Of a DNA stretch of 64,000 nucleotides, positions 51,801 to 61,765 are shown piece after piece. A model generated the notes under the pieces. That model was not told the DNA's origin. It searched no databases and saw nothing but the letters and a program-made list of their open reading frames with translations. A program made the position numbers and the translations under genes. Location: positions 494,371 through 558,370 of the forward strand of contig NW_002060959.1 of assembly GCF_000150275.1 (NCBI RefSeq), read 5' to 3'. Position 1 is the first letter of the stretch, and every line of letters starts with the position of its first letter. The DNA is from Trichoplax adhaerens (Eukaryota > Animalia > Placozoa).

Positions 51801-52542
51801 CGCTAAAAGATTATACACCCAACCGATATTCCAATGAAAGACGAGGTAGCGCATTAAGTTTTAAGAAAGGCCAGATTATTATGGCATTAGGCGAAGTTAA
51901 TCCAGACGGTTTTGTCCGTGGTATATGCAATTACAAGACTGGCTCTGTTCCAGCTAATTATTTGCAGGATTACGATGATTTTATGCGTTATGGCGAACAT
52001 GATCCTGCGGCACAAGAAATTCAACACACTCAATATCCACGAAACGTCGCTCCACCATTAATTAATGGTGCATCTAAAGATAGAGATGCTATTCCAACAT
52101 TACCTCATAATGGTCACGTACAAACTGGAAAATTCGCCAAATTATTAGATGTTAGTTCATCAGATGATGAAGTAGAACAGCAACAAATTCATCTAACACC
52201 AGAGCCAACATCGAAAGAATCATCACCTAGAATTCGATCAGATTCTCGCTTAGCTATGCTGGAAGAAAGTCAGAAGGAAAAGGAAAATCGTAAAGCTCAA
52301 CAAATTTTAGACTCAAATTAGTAAGTTTAAATTTGAAGTCTTTTATCTTTGATGCTCTATCTACAAGTGATAAAAGGCAGATTATGATAATAAAATTGAG
52401 TTAATCGATAAATATCAATCCTATTTTTAATCAACCACATCAATTTTTACTATTTAGCTACCGCCAAGATTCCACAGATAAACCGAAAAAATCGAAAGGA
52501 AGTGTCCTTTCATTCGGCAAACAGCTCTTTGGCAAGAAATAA
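27823..52542 (+). CDS. Giant coiled-coil scaffold with C-terminal RIM-binding-protein-like SH3-FN3-SH3-SH3 module (~5,600 aa, ~35 exons)
   Basis: Continuous in-frame GT-AG exon chain from 27823 (MESKTLDS; true start uncertain). It runs through small exons at 28000-32585, large exons at ~32706-35263, 35922-39266 and 44417-48291 with small exons between them, then 48379-48504, 48640-49194, 49339-49785, 49908-50087, 50615-52320 and final exon 52458-52542 (..KPKKSKGSVLSFGKQLFGKK*). E/K/L/Q-rich heptads throughout; SH3 and FN3 domains in the penultimate exon. Confidence 0.8.
28085..28625. repeat. Intronic degenerate minisatellite (~39-42 bp unit)
   Basis: Repeated (a/g)tagcttaaa.at...ctcatc.tg.cttaa over ~540 bp. 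Confidence 0.75.
35367..35670. repeat. Intronic ~120-bp tandem repeat (~2.5 copies)
   Basis: gagatttt..ct...aattt....gaggctaa/gata...ata(c/t)tgaaggaaat.tagac..ttaccc..caaaat at ~35368, ~35487, ~35609. Confidence 0.7.
42370..42960. repeat. Intronic degenerate minisatellite (~55-80 bp units)
   Basis: About 9 copies of gattctacttt.g.t.taagtataaa.taatatt.ct.tta. Confidence 0.8.
44236..44394 (+). repeat. Intronic (T)TGCT-rich low-complexity tract, 18 YGCY motifs
   Basis: Direct count of TGCT/TGCC/CGCT in 44245-44394, inside the intron 44194-44416. Confidence 0.8.
50190..50550. repeat. Intronic minisatellite (~60-65 bp unit, ~6 copies)
   Basis: ctc.ttaactagtcta..tga..at.t..tataaaagc.aaa.tag recurring. 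Confidence 0.75.
50747..50935 (+). other. SH3 domain 1 (RIM-BP type)
   Basis: ALFDYDP....EELP...GD.IYVYGD....GYY.......GYIPS.F; long RT loop and VYGD..GYY resemble RIM-BP SH3s (VYGD..GFY). Confidence 0.85.
51149..51426 (+). other. Fibronectin type III domain (single)
   Basis: PSPPAAVHI..ILLGWNKP...SNG.KVIGYKVKVNG...LENL....VSVQTLTEGGISS; the SNG-x-x-V-x-GY signature resembles RIM-BP FN3. Confidence 0.8.
51485..51973 (+). other. SH3 domains 2 and 3
   Basis: YVAQYDY..DITFRKDDLIKI..DGFYEG..GLIPRDFI and MIALKDY..ALSFKKGQII..DGFVRG..GSVPANYL. Confidence 0.85.
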
Positions 52543-55500
52543 ATAATATAGGAGAAGCAGTATCATATACTTTAATAGTCAAAGCATAAAGCTTGAAAAT
52601 TATAAAATAGTCGTAATCCTTCAAGATGATTGCTTTAAAGCTACTTGATTACAGTATAACATGGATGCCTCCTTTAGTTTAGAAAAGAAACTAGTCTACG
52701 AAAATACTGTTCGATCGGTCTTGTAATTGTATTGAAATTCACGGTCATCCAAACGTTTTGTATCAAATAAGTCGAATAGATGCAAATATGTCTCATTTTT
52801 TTATTTTAATAACTTTCAAAGCCATTTACTAGCTTTAAATTTGTAGTAAACTGCTACAATATACTAATATGTATAAATATTTTATATGATACACGTCCTT
52901 AATATAGAAACTCGTATATAACTACTCATGCTATGTCAAGAACTATTCTTCTTATATGTTATATTAACCTATAGATCTATTGATCTACGATGCTTTTTTT
53001 TGATATCGTAAGTTAATAATATAATATAACAGTTTTACTATATCAAGATATGATTTACACTTTTCTTTGTTCTATCATCTCCATTATGTTACCTTAAAAC
53101 TACGGCGATGACGCATCAAGTTTAGATTATTGGCATATAGGTCTGATAACTACAATATGGATTTGTACATAATCTAAACTCTATCATACTGTATATCGAA
53201 TATATTTGTTTTAATTCCCCTTACGTGTACAATAGAAACTGGTTTTATACAACTGATGAAATTATCCTTTCTAGAGTTATTTTTTACGATACCTTACATC
53301 ATGAGCTGTCAGTAGCCATATAATGATGTTTATCGTTAAATTTATTCCTTTCTACTTTGAAGAATTGATGATAGCAATAGTTAATCAATGTTATAACTAT
53401 TGATATCTGTTCTATTCTTATCAAGATACTAGTAGCTTGCATTTGTATTTTAAGTGAACGAATATTTGAATAAAGATATCATCTTTTAAATATTTATGTT
53501 GCGTGTAATTCTGTCTCGAATTGATTAAACATACTCAACCAGAATGAAGAAATTGGATTAAAACTTTTTGAAAATCTGCGTTCAATCTACATTTGAAACG
53601 AGATAGTTTAACTACTGAGAGCCCTAATGCCAAGTTTATCCTCTTTAACAATAGTCTATAATGTAATCCTAATACTATGAACGATTTCCTATCGTAAGTA
53701 GGCGATAGTAATCTTACTGTGCGGTCTGTACGACCATTCCAGACTAAACTAGGGTATATCACCCAATTTTACAGGAAAAACCCGGGCTAATGGGTTATAA
53801 TTATGATGCAGTCTCATAAACAATTACCTTATATAAAAGTAAATTTTCGTGATGTGTACATTATTTTTATGCTCTGTTCAATATATGCTTATAAGTCAGT
53901 CATGTTTACGATATTTTTAAGTGTAACTTTAGTGTTTAATATTTGATAAGTTAACAATCTTTAATTTAGAAGTGGAATAAAATAGCTGTTATCTACTAGT
54001 TTAACCAGACTGATTCTATCACTTCGAATGATACTAACATTGAACGTATGGTTTCTAAATTTAGATGAAATATCTTAGTAGGATAGGCTAATATATTTTT
54101 GTTAATTAAACTAAGCACTATTAGGAATTGATTAATTTGATACTGACATGATAAATTTAATACTGTAGGGCTAGAGTGTATTTAATCCTTACGCATGGAG
54201 GCTCTTTAGAGCACTGATTTGTTTAATGTCTAAAGAATAAGGTGACTCGTATAGTTAAACCAGTTTTAGGTACTCTTAATTAAACCTATAGGAATCGCGG
54301 CCTCGCTGACAATAAAGTAAATTAAGATTTTTATATAGAGAATAGAGGTCTTAACGAGCTAAATCTTAATTATATCTACATAGAAATATTTACTGATTGA
54401 TGTTATGATTTGCAGTAGTGCAGGTTCGAAAATACACTCTCAATCATTGTTGCAAGTTCGTGCTTTTTCTAGTTCGTAAATTTTAGTACTTTGATACCGT
54501 AATATTATAAAAGTATGACGTATCAATAAAAATATATGCGAATTATTAGATAACGGTTTTATCAGTAGCAATTAGGCTATGCTATCTATCTGTGCATATT
54601 ATAATGTCCGTTAAATGTTAGCAAGCTTCATCAAGGCGAATTAGTATATACGCAATTGGAAACAAGAGAAAATATTGCACAGAGTCAACATTCGCTATTT
54701 ATTGATTCATCCGCTTTTAATTTATGACTCAAAGCTTAGGTAAACTTTGGCGCGAATGTCTGATCGGAATTCAAGTTATTGATTATTGTTTATCTTCAAT
54801 ATGGTTTCCATATGTAAATACCAATTGTAACAATGCATATATACAGAATGTTCTTGTAGTTCAATGCGTTAGGGCAAACACGTTGATTTTCTTGGGTAAA
54901 AGTTTTGTTATCACTAACTATTATCTATTCATAAAAATGAATAGTTCAAATGTCTTTATCACCAATAGTTTATCAATTACAATTTACGGTGATACTTCAA
55001 GTATGATAGGATTGGATAAACGGTCGAAGATCTGGCTTTAGCCAGATCAGATCCACATCTTTAACATTTGTATAAATGTGTCGATATATCAATAAAATGG
55101 GTATATGGTAGCTATTTATAACAACACCACTAGTGTCTAGCTCCTATGAAAACGAAATACGTGCATTGAAATCTCGACTTTATCTTATAAAACGATAAAT
55201 TCAGATCTGTCGTATCTTGATACTCTCTAATCTTTCTACAATTTTCAATTTTTGCAAACCAATTCAAGAACTGCTGTTTATACTTGTGATGATCGGTTTG
55301 ACTAGTAGATGGTATACAAGAAGCAAAGGAAAACACTTATGATAAAGTCTGCCAAATCTGACAAATGATATCACATTCCATCTGAATTCCGCTATTAACG
55401 GTGATTGATATGATGTAAAAGGCAACAAGAATAAACTATTTCCAGATAATGCACTGACGAGATGAACAACTGAATAGTATTATCCCCTATAACAATTAAG

Positions 55501-56354
55501 ATAACTATCGAGAATTGATAATATCATAATTATAATTTAAACTCTTATTAAATTCTTAGCCTATATCTGCTTGCCTATTATATTACACGTCCTAGTACTT
55601 GCACAGTAATAAGGTTAAGTATTTTGTTCACATAAGAACATTATCTTAAGTCTATTGGATTAATTAATATACCATAAATTAACATCATGATGATCGTTGG
55701 TATACATAGTTTAAAGAATGTAGAATAGTGGTAATTAGCTGATGTTGTTTTATTCTTTAAAATTATTCAGGAAGAATAGTCTTAATTCCTTTTATAAGAA
55801 AGTGCCCATTCGGAAAAAATATTGCTTTACGCCTAAGAATTTTTATTATTATTTTATCACAACTATAGAATTGCACCGGAATGATCTACGTATGATAAGA
55901 TAAATAACAGTCATATTAAATTATTTATTTTATGTTGATTTAGCAGAATTTTTTTTTCGAGCATTCTTTATCGCAGTTTAAAAGATTTATTCTAGATCGA
56001 CTTGAATGCAACTAAATTACTTGATGTTGATCACCAATGTGTATGCATTAGAGAAACATTGTGAAAGTAGAATTCGCTGGTAAGGTAATCTTTAAGACCA
56101 GTCGTAGCTTAAACAAAGTGACTTTGATCCCATCTATAACGAAGAATCCATCTCGATTAAAGATTATTACTTCAATCCTTAAGATATGCATTTCGTGATT
56201 ATTTTACCCATATAAAATTCATTTAATTAGTACTATCTTACAGAATGATTATTGATAAAGCTCTTAACTACTGACAATTTTTACTTTTTTGTTTAGATAT
56301 TGATTAAAATGCATTTTATTTAGACATTTTTCTAAAAAGCTTGGAGTACTATGC

Positions 56355-57400
56355 TAAAGCTGGTAGAATAGTTTATGTGTAGTTATAGCAACAACTGTCG
56401 ATAATAGTAAAAACTTCGATTTACTAACTCATTTTATTCAAACAATCTATAATATCTCCACGGGAAGTGTTTTGATCAGCCTACAGTAACTGACTACAAA
56501 TTAATCCGTTATCGATGAATAATGTGCCTACATCTATTAAGTAGGCAAAATACGGAAGCTTTTAATATTAATGTGTGAATAAGTAAATTTCCCTAATATA
56601 TATTTAAAGAATATTATCATCATCGAAGTATTGAATTATTACTAGCTAGTAAATAGTTCATGCATGATGATAACAAAAATATCGACAATGGAAAAATTTT
56701 AATTTGATAACTTATTTTATTTATATACATTTCAATACCTCTGGGAATGTATTTAATCAATCTAACAACCTGCAAATTAATCCGGTGTTGATCACTAAAG
56801 TTCAGATATCGATTACCCAACCAAAATAACTTTTTATTCAACCTACAAATAGTGCACTTTCTTAATATTCGAAGAATATTATCATCGTCAAAGTTATGAA
56901 TTAATACTAGCTAAAAACAGTTTGTGTATAATAATCTCAATAACTATTGATGATGGAAAAGCTTTGATTTGCTAATTTATTCTGTTCAGATACTCTTTAC
57001 TACCTCTGCTCGTAATGTTTTTAATCGACCTAGCTGACTATAAATGAATCCTTTGTCGATCATCAATGTATCTGCTCCCATTGCCTAGAAAAAATAGCCT
57101 TCGATTCAGTCCATGAATACGGGTACTTTCATAAACAGTGTTATTTTAAATTTTAGAGCTTGCCACAATTGTTGTATCACCTTCAAAGTATTGAATTGGT
57201 AGTAGCTGGTAGAGCAGTTTATGTATGATGATATCAACGACTATCAGTAATAAATAGAACTTGATTGACTAACTTTTTCTAATCAGAGACTCTATTGCCA
57301 TATTCGACAATGGTTTAAAATCAACCTAGAGGCTTATAAATTAATCTAATGTCAATCATTGATGTATCTGTATCTATTACCTTAGCAAATATGGATTTCA
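56355..57400. repeat. Highly degenerate ~265-300 bp tandem repeat, 3-4 copies
   Basis: atcatc.tc.aagt.ttgaatt..ta.tagct...a.(t/c)agtt at ~56616, ~56881, ~57177; partial copy at ~56358. Confidence 0.6.
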
Positions 57401-60400
57401 TGTAATCTATCAGTACGCTAAGTCATCTTCAAAAAATATCATTTTAATATTAAGCATAACTCACCTGCACTGATCATCATTTTAAAATTATTGATATTGC
57501 TATTGACCGTCTAACAAATAATCCACAAGTAATAGCATAGTCAACTGTCCATTATCATACCATTGATTAGCAAATCACATTCTTTTCAGATCTTCTCCAT
57601 GGTAATATCAATGTCAGAGTGGCTATTATACTGCAAACTATGCCAAATAATGGAATCTATTGAAATTTGATCGTTATCTATTCACCATCAATGACAAAAA
57701 TATTCATTGTATCATTCAATAACCTAATAATTATGTCTTATTAATGTATTGAAATGAATTATAACGATAGATTTTTGTTCCTCATTATTTCTATTTGAAC
57801 TTAGAATTTTGATAATAGGAATAATAAACATTCCAATCACCTATAGCGTTATTTATTGTTCTTCTAACTATCTTATTAGGTAGTCGATCGACGCAGCTAG
57901 TGGAACTGCTAATAGTGTATATGATAGGTTCAATGCCTAGTCAAAAACTAAGTTGTACGATAATAAACAATGATATTAAAATTTTATTCTATGGATAATA
58001 GGATGGGCTTGCTTTTCTTACAATAGAGATGTAAACAATTTATATATCTATCGCTAAGTTGGTTGCTATGCATACCTATCGCTTAGCATATGTTATATTA
58101 TCAGCAATAACCTCATCTCAGCAACATTGGACAACTTAATTAATTGAATAATATCATCTGACTCATTTAGCTTCTTCAGCATTGATAAAATACAAGTAAA
58201 AGTATTTGGATAATGCGTATCCTAGAGCTGAGCACTATTTTTGAAGGGAAGACTCTAATTATTTTTTATCGTTATTGCAATAATAAAATATTTTAAAATT
58301 TATCGTACACCTAACCATCATTATATTGCAACAATACATTATCGACATAGGTATAAATCCTACAGCTTAAAATGAAACAGAGTAGGATGCACGTGTTGAC
58401 GAAAGACTGTATCAAATTAGAAAATTTGTAAAATTTTAAGGCAGAGCTAGCCATTATGATAGTAAAAGAGTAATTAATTTATACAAGTATCAATCTTACA
58501 GCTTTAAATATATTGGCTGATAATGCTCTATGCTAGATTAAAAGATATCCAGCTATACAGCTGAACTAATTAAGATGATTGTAAAATACTACTTAATCCA
58601 GAGATGTATAAATCCTATAACTTAAAATGAAATAGGATAGAATATGGATACTGATGATATGCTTGACTCGTAATTAATTGTATTAGTAATCCTCGTCATC
58701 TTTGCTATCCGTTACCATTCTTAAATTGATTTGCCAACATTGGCTATTCTTTTCTGACGATACGATTATAACTTTGTTGATGAAAATAGACAAAATCTTT
58801 AGTAATCAGCTTTGTTACAGATATACTTTCGTCTGCAATTTTTATTCAGCCTGTTATCGCTTTATTATACGCTCAAGTCCAGAATATTCTAAATCGTTCA
58901 TGTAGGATTCAATTAATGTCAAATTTTCCTTCTATATTATTCCTATTAATGAGTAGCAAATCAAGCTCTTTAAATAAGACGATATGTTGTTCGGATATTC
59001 ATCGCCATTTTTCAATTGGCTTAATATCGATCTTTGAGTAGTTTGTTAATATCAATAGATTTTAATTGATTTTTTCACATCTGTCGGTTTTGACGAAAAT
59101 TAATAAAAGGTTTAATTGCAGTACTGACATGTTTTATAAAAAGCTCTTCACGAAATATCGATATCAAGGGTGCCTTAGCAGTTATTTCCATTGCGATCAT
59201 CTAATTTATCTGTAAACTACAAGATATTAAAACAGCCCCTTAATATGATTGAACCATGCAATGATGATACAGGGAAAAGAATCGTCTACTGTCTGTAGGT
59301 TTAGCTTGCTACGTTGTAACGACCAAGTTACAGTATCGCATATTTCATGCTTATTGACTTTATCAGCAGAGCTATAGCAATTACTTGGCGTAATTCTCAA
59401 TCTGATTCAAGATACAAACTTATTACTTTTAATAGTGTTCTCCTTATTTCTTCCTTAGATCAAATTATAGATTAAATAAATAAACTTGATTTCCTCTTCA
59501 AATTATTGATAACTTTGTAGCCATACTATTCTATTCGATCTTGATACATTAGAAAAACTTTTCAGCATTATCTCGACTAAAATGAAGATCATTCCATTAG
59601 AAAATGATAATCATCTAAAAAATGAAATAGGATACCGTTATCAATCATTGGATTTTTTGATTGATCGAAAAAGAAGAATACAAAATTAGCTTGCTTTGGT
59701 ACTCTCTCACCGCCTTTAAAATTTATCTTCGTCATCTCATATTATTCTAATAAAGTGGAATCAAAATGGACTTGATACTTGGAAATTAAACGATAAAGTT
59801 AACTATAGTTACGGATAAAACAATATCACAACTCATTCTATGACAGTCTATGAAGTCATAGACAAAAGCTGTATCTGTTAAGGAAAGGGGAAAAGATAAA
59901 GAAGACCATTAAAATGTTCAATTTAATAGTTTGCATATTTATTTACTATTCCCAGTTCATAAACTAATACAAGCCATTTTATCATGAGCTATGATTAACA
60001 ACAGTCATCACTATAAATACTTGTCTTAAAATTACGTTAACCAAATGGATAATCTACTAATACGTGACCTATTTTTCTTACTAAAATATTTTGTACATCA
60101 ATGCGATCATGAGCACTAGAATAGCTTAGCTCATCCTATACCATTCAACGTTGAAATTTCTTACTCCACTAGAAAAGACATACTGTTGCATTAAATATTA
60201 GGTAAAAGTTGTGACTAATTTATTACAAGACATTTACAACATTAAAAATACGATAGAATGATTTTTATAATTTTTAAATTACGTTTACACTTTTAATAAT
60301 TATACTCGTATAAACAAAATTCATACATTGAAAGGCTAAAATAGGACTTTAACAAAAATGATTAACATAAAATTTCAAATAGCGATAGTAGTTACTACTA

Positions 60401-60626
60401 AATCCGAAAAGGAATAGACCATTTAATGTGAAATAGATTAAAAATAATGGTCATGATAGCAGTCTTTTACATAGAAAATTCAGCCATCGATTTGATGATG
60501 GCCTTGTCGGAAAGGAGAGCGAGGGGGAAAACAATTTCTTTATTATAAACTTATCAAATATTGCTGATTTTACTTCTGGCTGGGCTAGATGCTTCTTTTT
60601 CGTCTGTATTACGGACAATGGTGTTG

Positions 60627-61481
60627 TTAAGATTCCGCGGTGGCTTCTCCCTTTTCTGCCTCGCCATTTTCGGTCCCTCCATTTTCAGTCTCAGCTTTTT
60701 TGTCCTCTCCATTTTCGGCCTCTCCTTTTTCGGCATCTCCTTTTTCGGCATCTCCTTTTTCATCTCCATCATCTTCAGCCTCATCAGGACCATCGTCAGG
60801 AACATCTTGACCCATGAGTGCTTTAGCAAGATCTTTCAAATCTTTAATCGTATTTTTACCTTGGACAAGGAGATCTTTACATACCAGCGGAGCTTTACAG
60901 GTAGTCTTGATGTTGACCGCTACAGCTTTACCCGCTTTAGCGATACCCATCGGATTTAAGCCAGCATTTTTAGCTGCACTAACGATATTGTCTTTCAGTG
61001 CTTTAGCTTCACTAACCAATTCTTTAAAATCATTGACTAGTTTAGGACAACTTGTTACAATAGTTTTAATACCATTGAATAAATTCATAAATGCATCGTA
61101 GATTTCTTTAATTTCACCCGGTAATGTTTCCTCATCGATGCCTGCAAAGCGTACACCTTCGGTGGAAAATTCTAACTTGAAACCTATATCACCTAAACCT
61201 TCTTTTAAATCTTTCAAGCAGTTTCTTAAGGCTTCTTTCGGACTTTCAGCTGTTTTGGCTAATTTAGTCAATCCTTCAACGGCATCTTGTAGAGCTTTAC
61301 GCATATCAATCATGGTTTTAAATGGTTCAGCTACTTTCTCGAAGAAACTATCAATTTCTGGAATTTTAGATTCTTTCATTTCAATACTATCTAATGGTTC
61401 GCTTTTCTTTTTAGGTTTCTTTTCCTTCTTTGGTTGAGTACCATCAGCGGTCTCTGTACTTTTGGAAGCTCCACAACCCAT
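60627..61481 (-). CDS. Uncharacterised 284-aa N-myristoylated/palmitoylated helical protein with acidic repeat tail
   Basis: Uninterrupted ORF in good start context (acaagATGG). MGCGASK dual acylation motif, polybasic KKEKKPKKK, ~190-aa amphipathic helical core, (E-K/N-G-D/E-A)n tail. AATAAA at 60544-60539 downstream. Confidence 0.85.
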   Translation of the reverse strand: MGCGASKSTETADGTQPKKEKKPKKKSEPLDSIEMKESKIPEIDSFFEKVAEPFKTMIDMRKALQDAVEGLTKLAKTAESPKEALRNCLKDLKEGLGDIGFKLEFSTEGVRFAGIDEETLPGEIKEIYDAFMNLFNGIKTIVTSCPKLVNDFKELVSEAKALKDNIVSAAKNAGLNPMGIAKAGKAVAVNIKTTCKAPLVCKDLLVQGKNTIKDLKDLAKALMGQDVPDDGPDEAEDDGDEKGDAEKGDAEKGEAENGEDKKAETENGGTENGEAEKGEATAES

Positions 61482-61728
61482 CTTGTCGTTCTTTACTTAG
61501 GCTTGAATTAACGAAATGCAAACAACAAATCAGATTAAACCCTTCTACCTTAGGATGAAATGATTAGGTATTTTTCTTCTTCGATAACTACAAGATAACT
61601 CCAAAATCAAGTTATACTCTTGTAGATTTCGCTTACTAAGAAATACTACGGCAAGAACGTAGAATTTAATTCCAACTAACAAAGAATTGCCGAGTTAAAG
61701 TTGTGACCTTACGAAGGTAAATGCTACG

Positions 61729-61736
61729 TTTATATA
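61729..61736 (-). promoter_or_regulatory. TATA box for the 284-aa gene
   Basis: Minus-strand CC-TATATAAA-CG about 250 bp upstream of the ATG; plausible 5'UTR intron 61636-61502 (gtaagc...ttcaag). Confidence 0.5.
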
Positions 61737-61751
61737 GGACTTGAAGTTGCG

Positions 61752-61765
61752 GTAACCATGGTAAT
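61752..61765. promoter_or_regulatory. X-box-like (RFX) palindrome
   Basis: GTAACCATGGTAAT, one mismatch from the relaxed X-box RTHNYY-WT-RRNRAC, ~15 bp upstream of the TATA box. Confidence 0.35.

Noticed and set aside
32694-52321. Treating the 873, 1124, 1343 and 525 aa ORFs as separate genes
   Set aside because: Each is bounded by canonical splice sites in compatible phase, and the stops fall at or just inside introns
54395-54445. GGTTCGAA T-loop-like motif suggesting a tRNA
   Set aside because: No acceptor, D or anticodon stems could be formed
55029-55048. Palindrome gatctggct-tt-agccagatc
   Set aside because: Short and isolated, with no supporting context
60554-61437. Overlapping ORFs (91 aa -, and 132, 95, 99 aa +), including a hydrophobic FGISF repeat
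   Set aside because: Alternative-frame and antisense shadows of the repetitive 284-aa CDS
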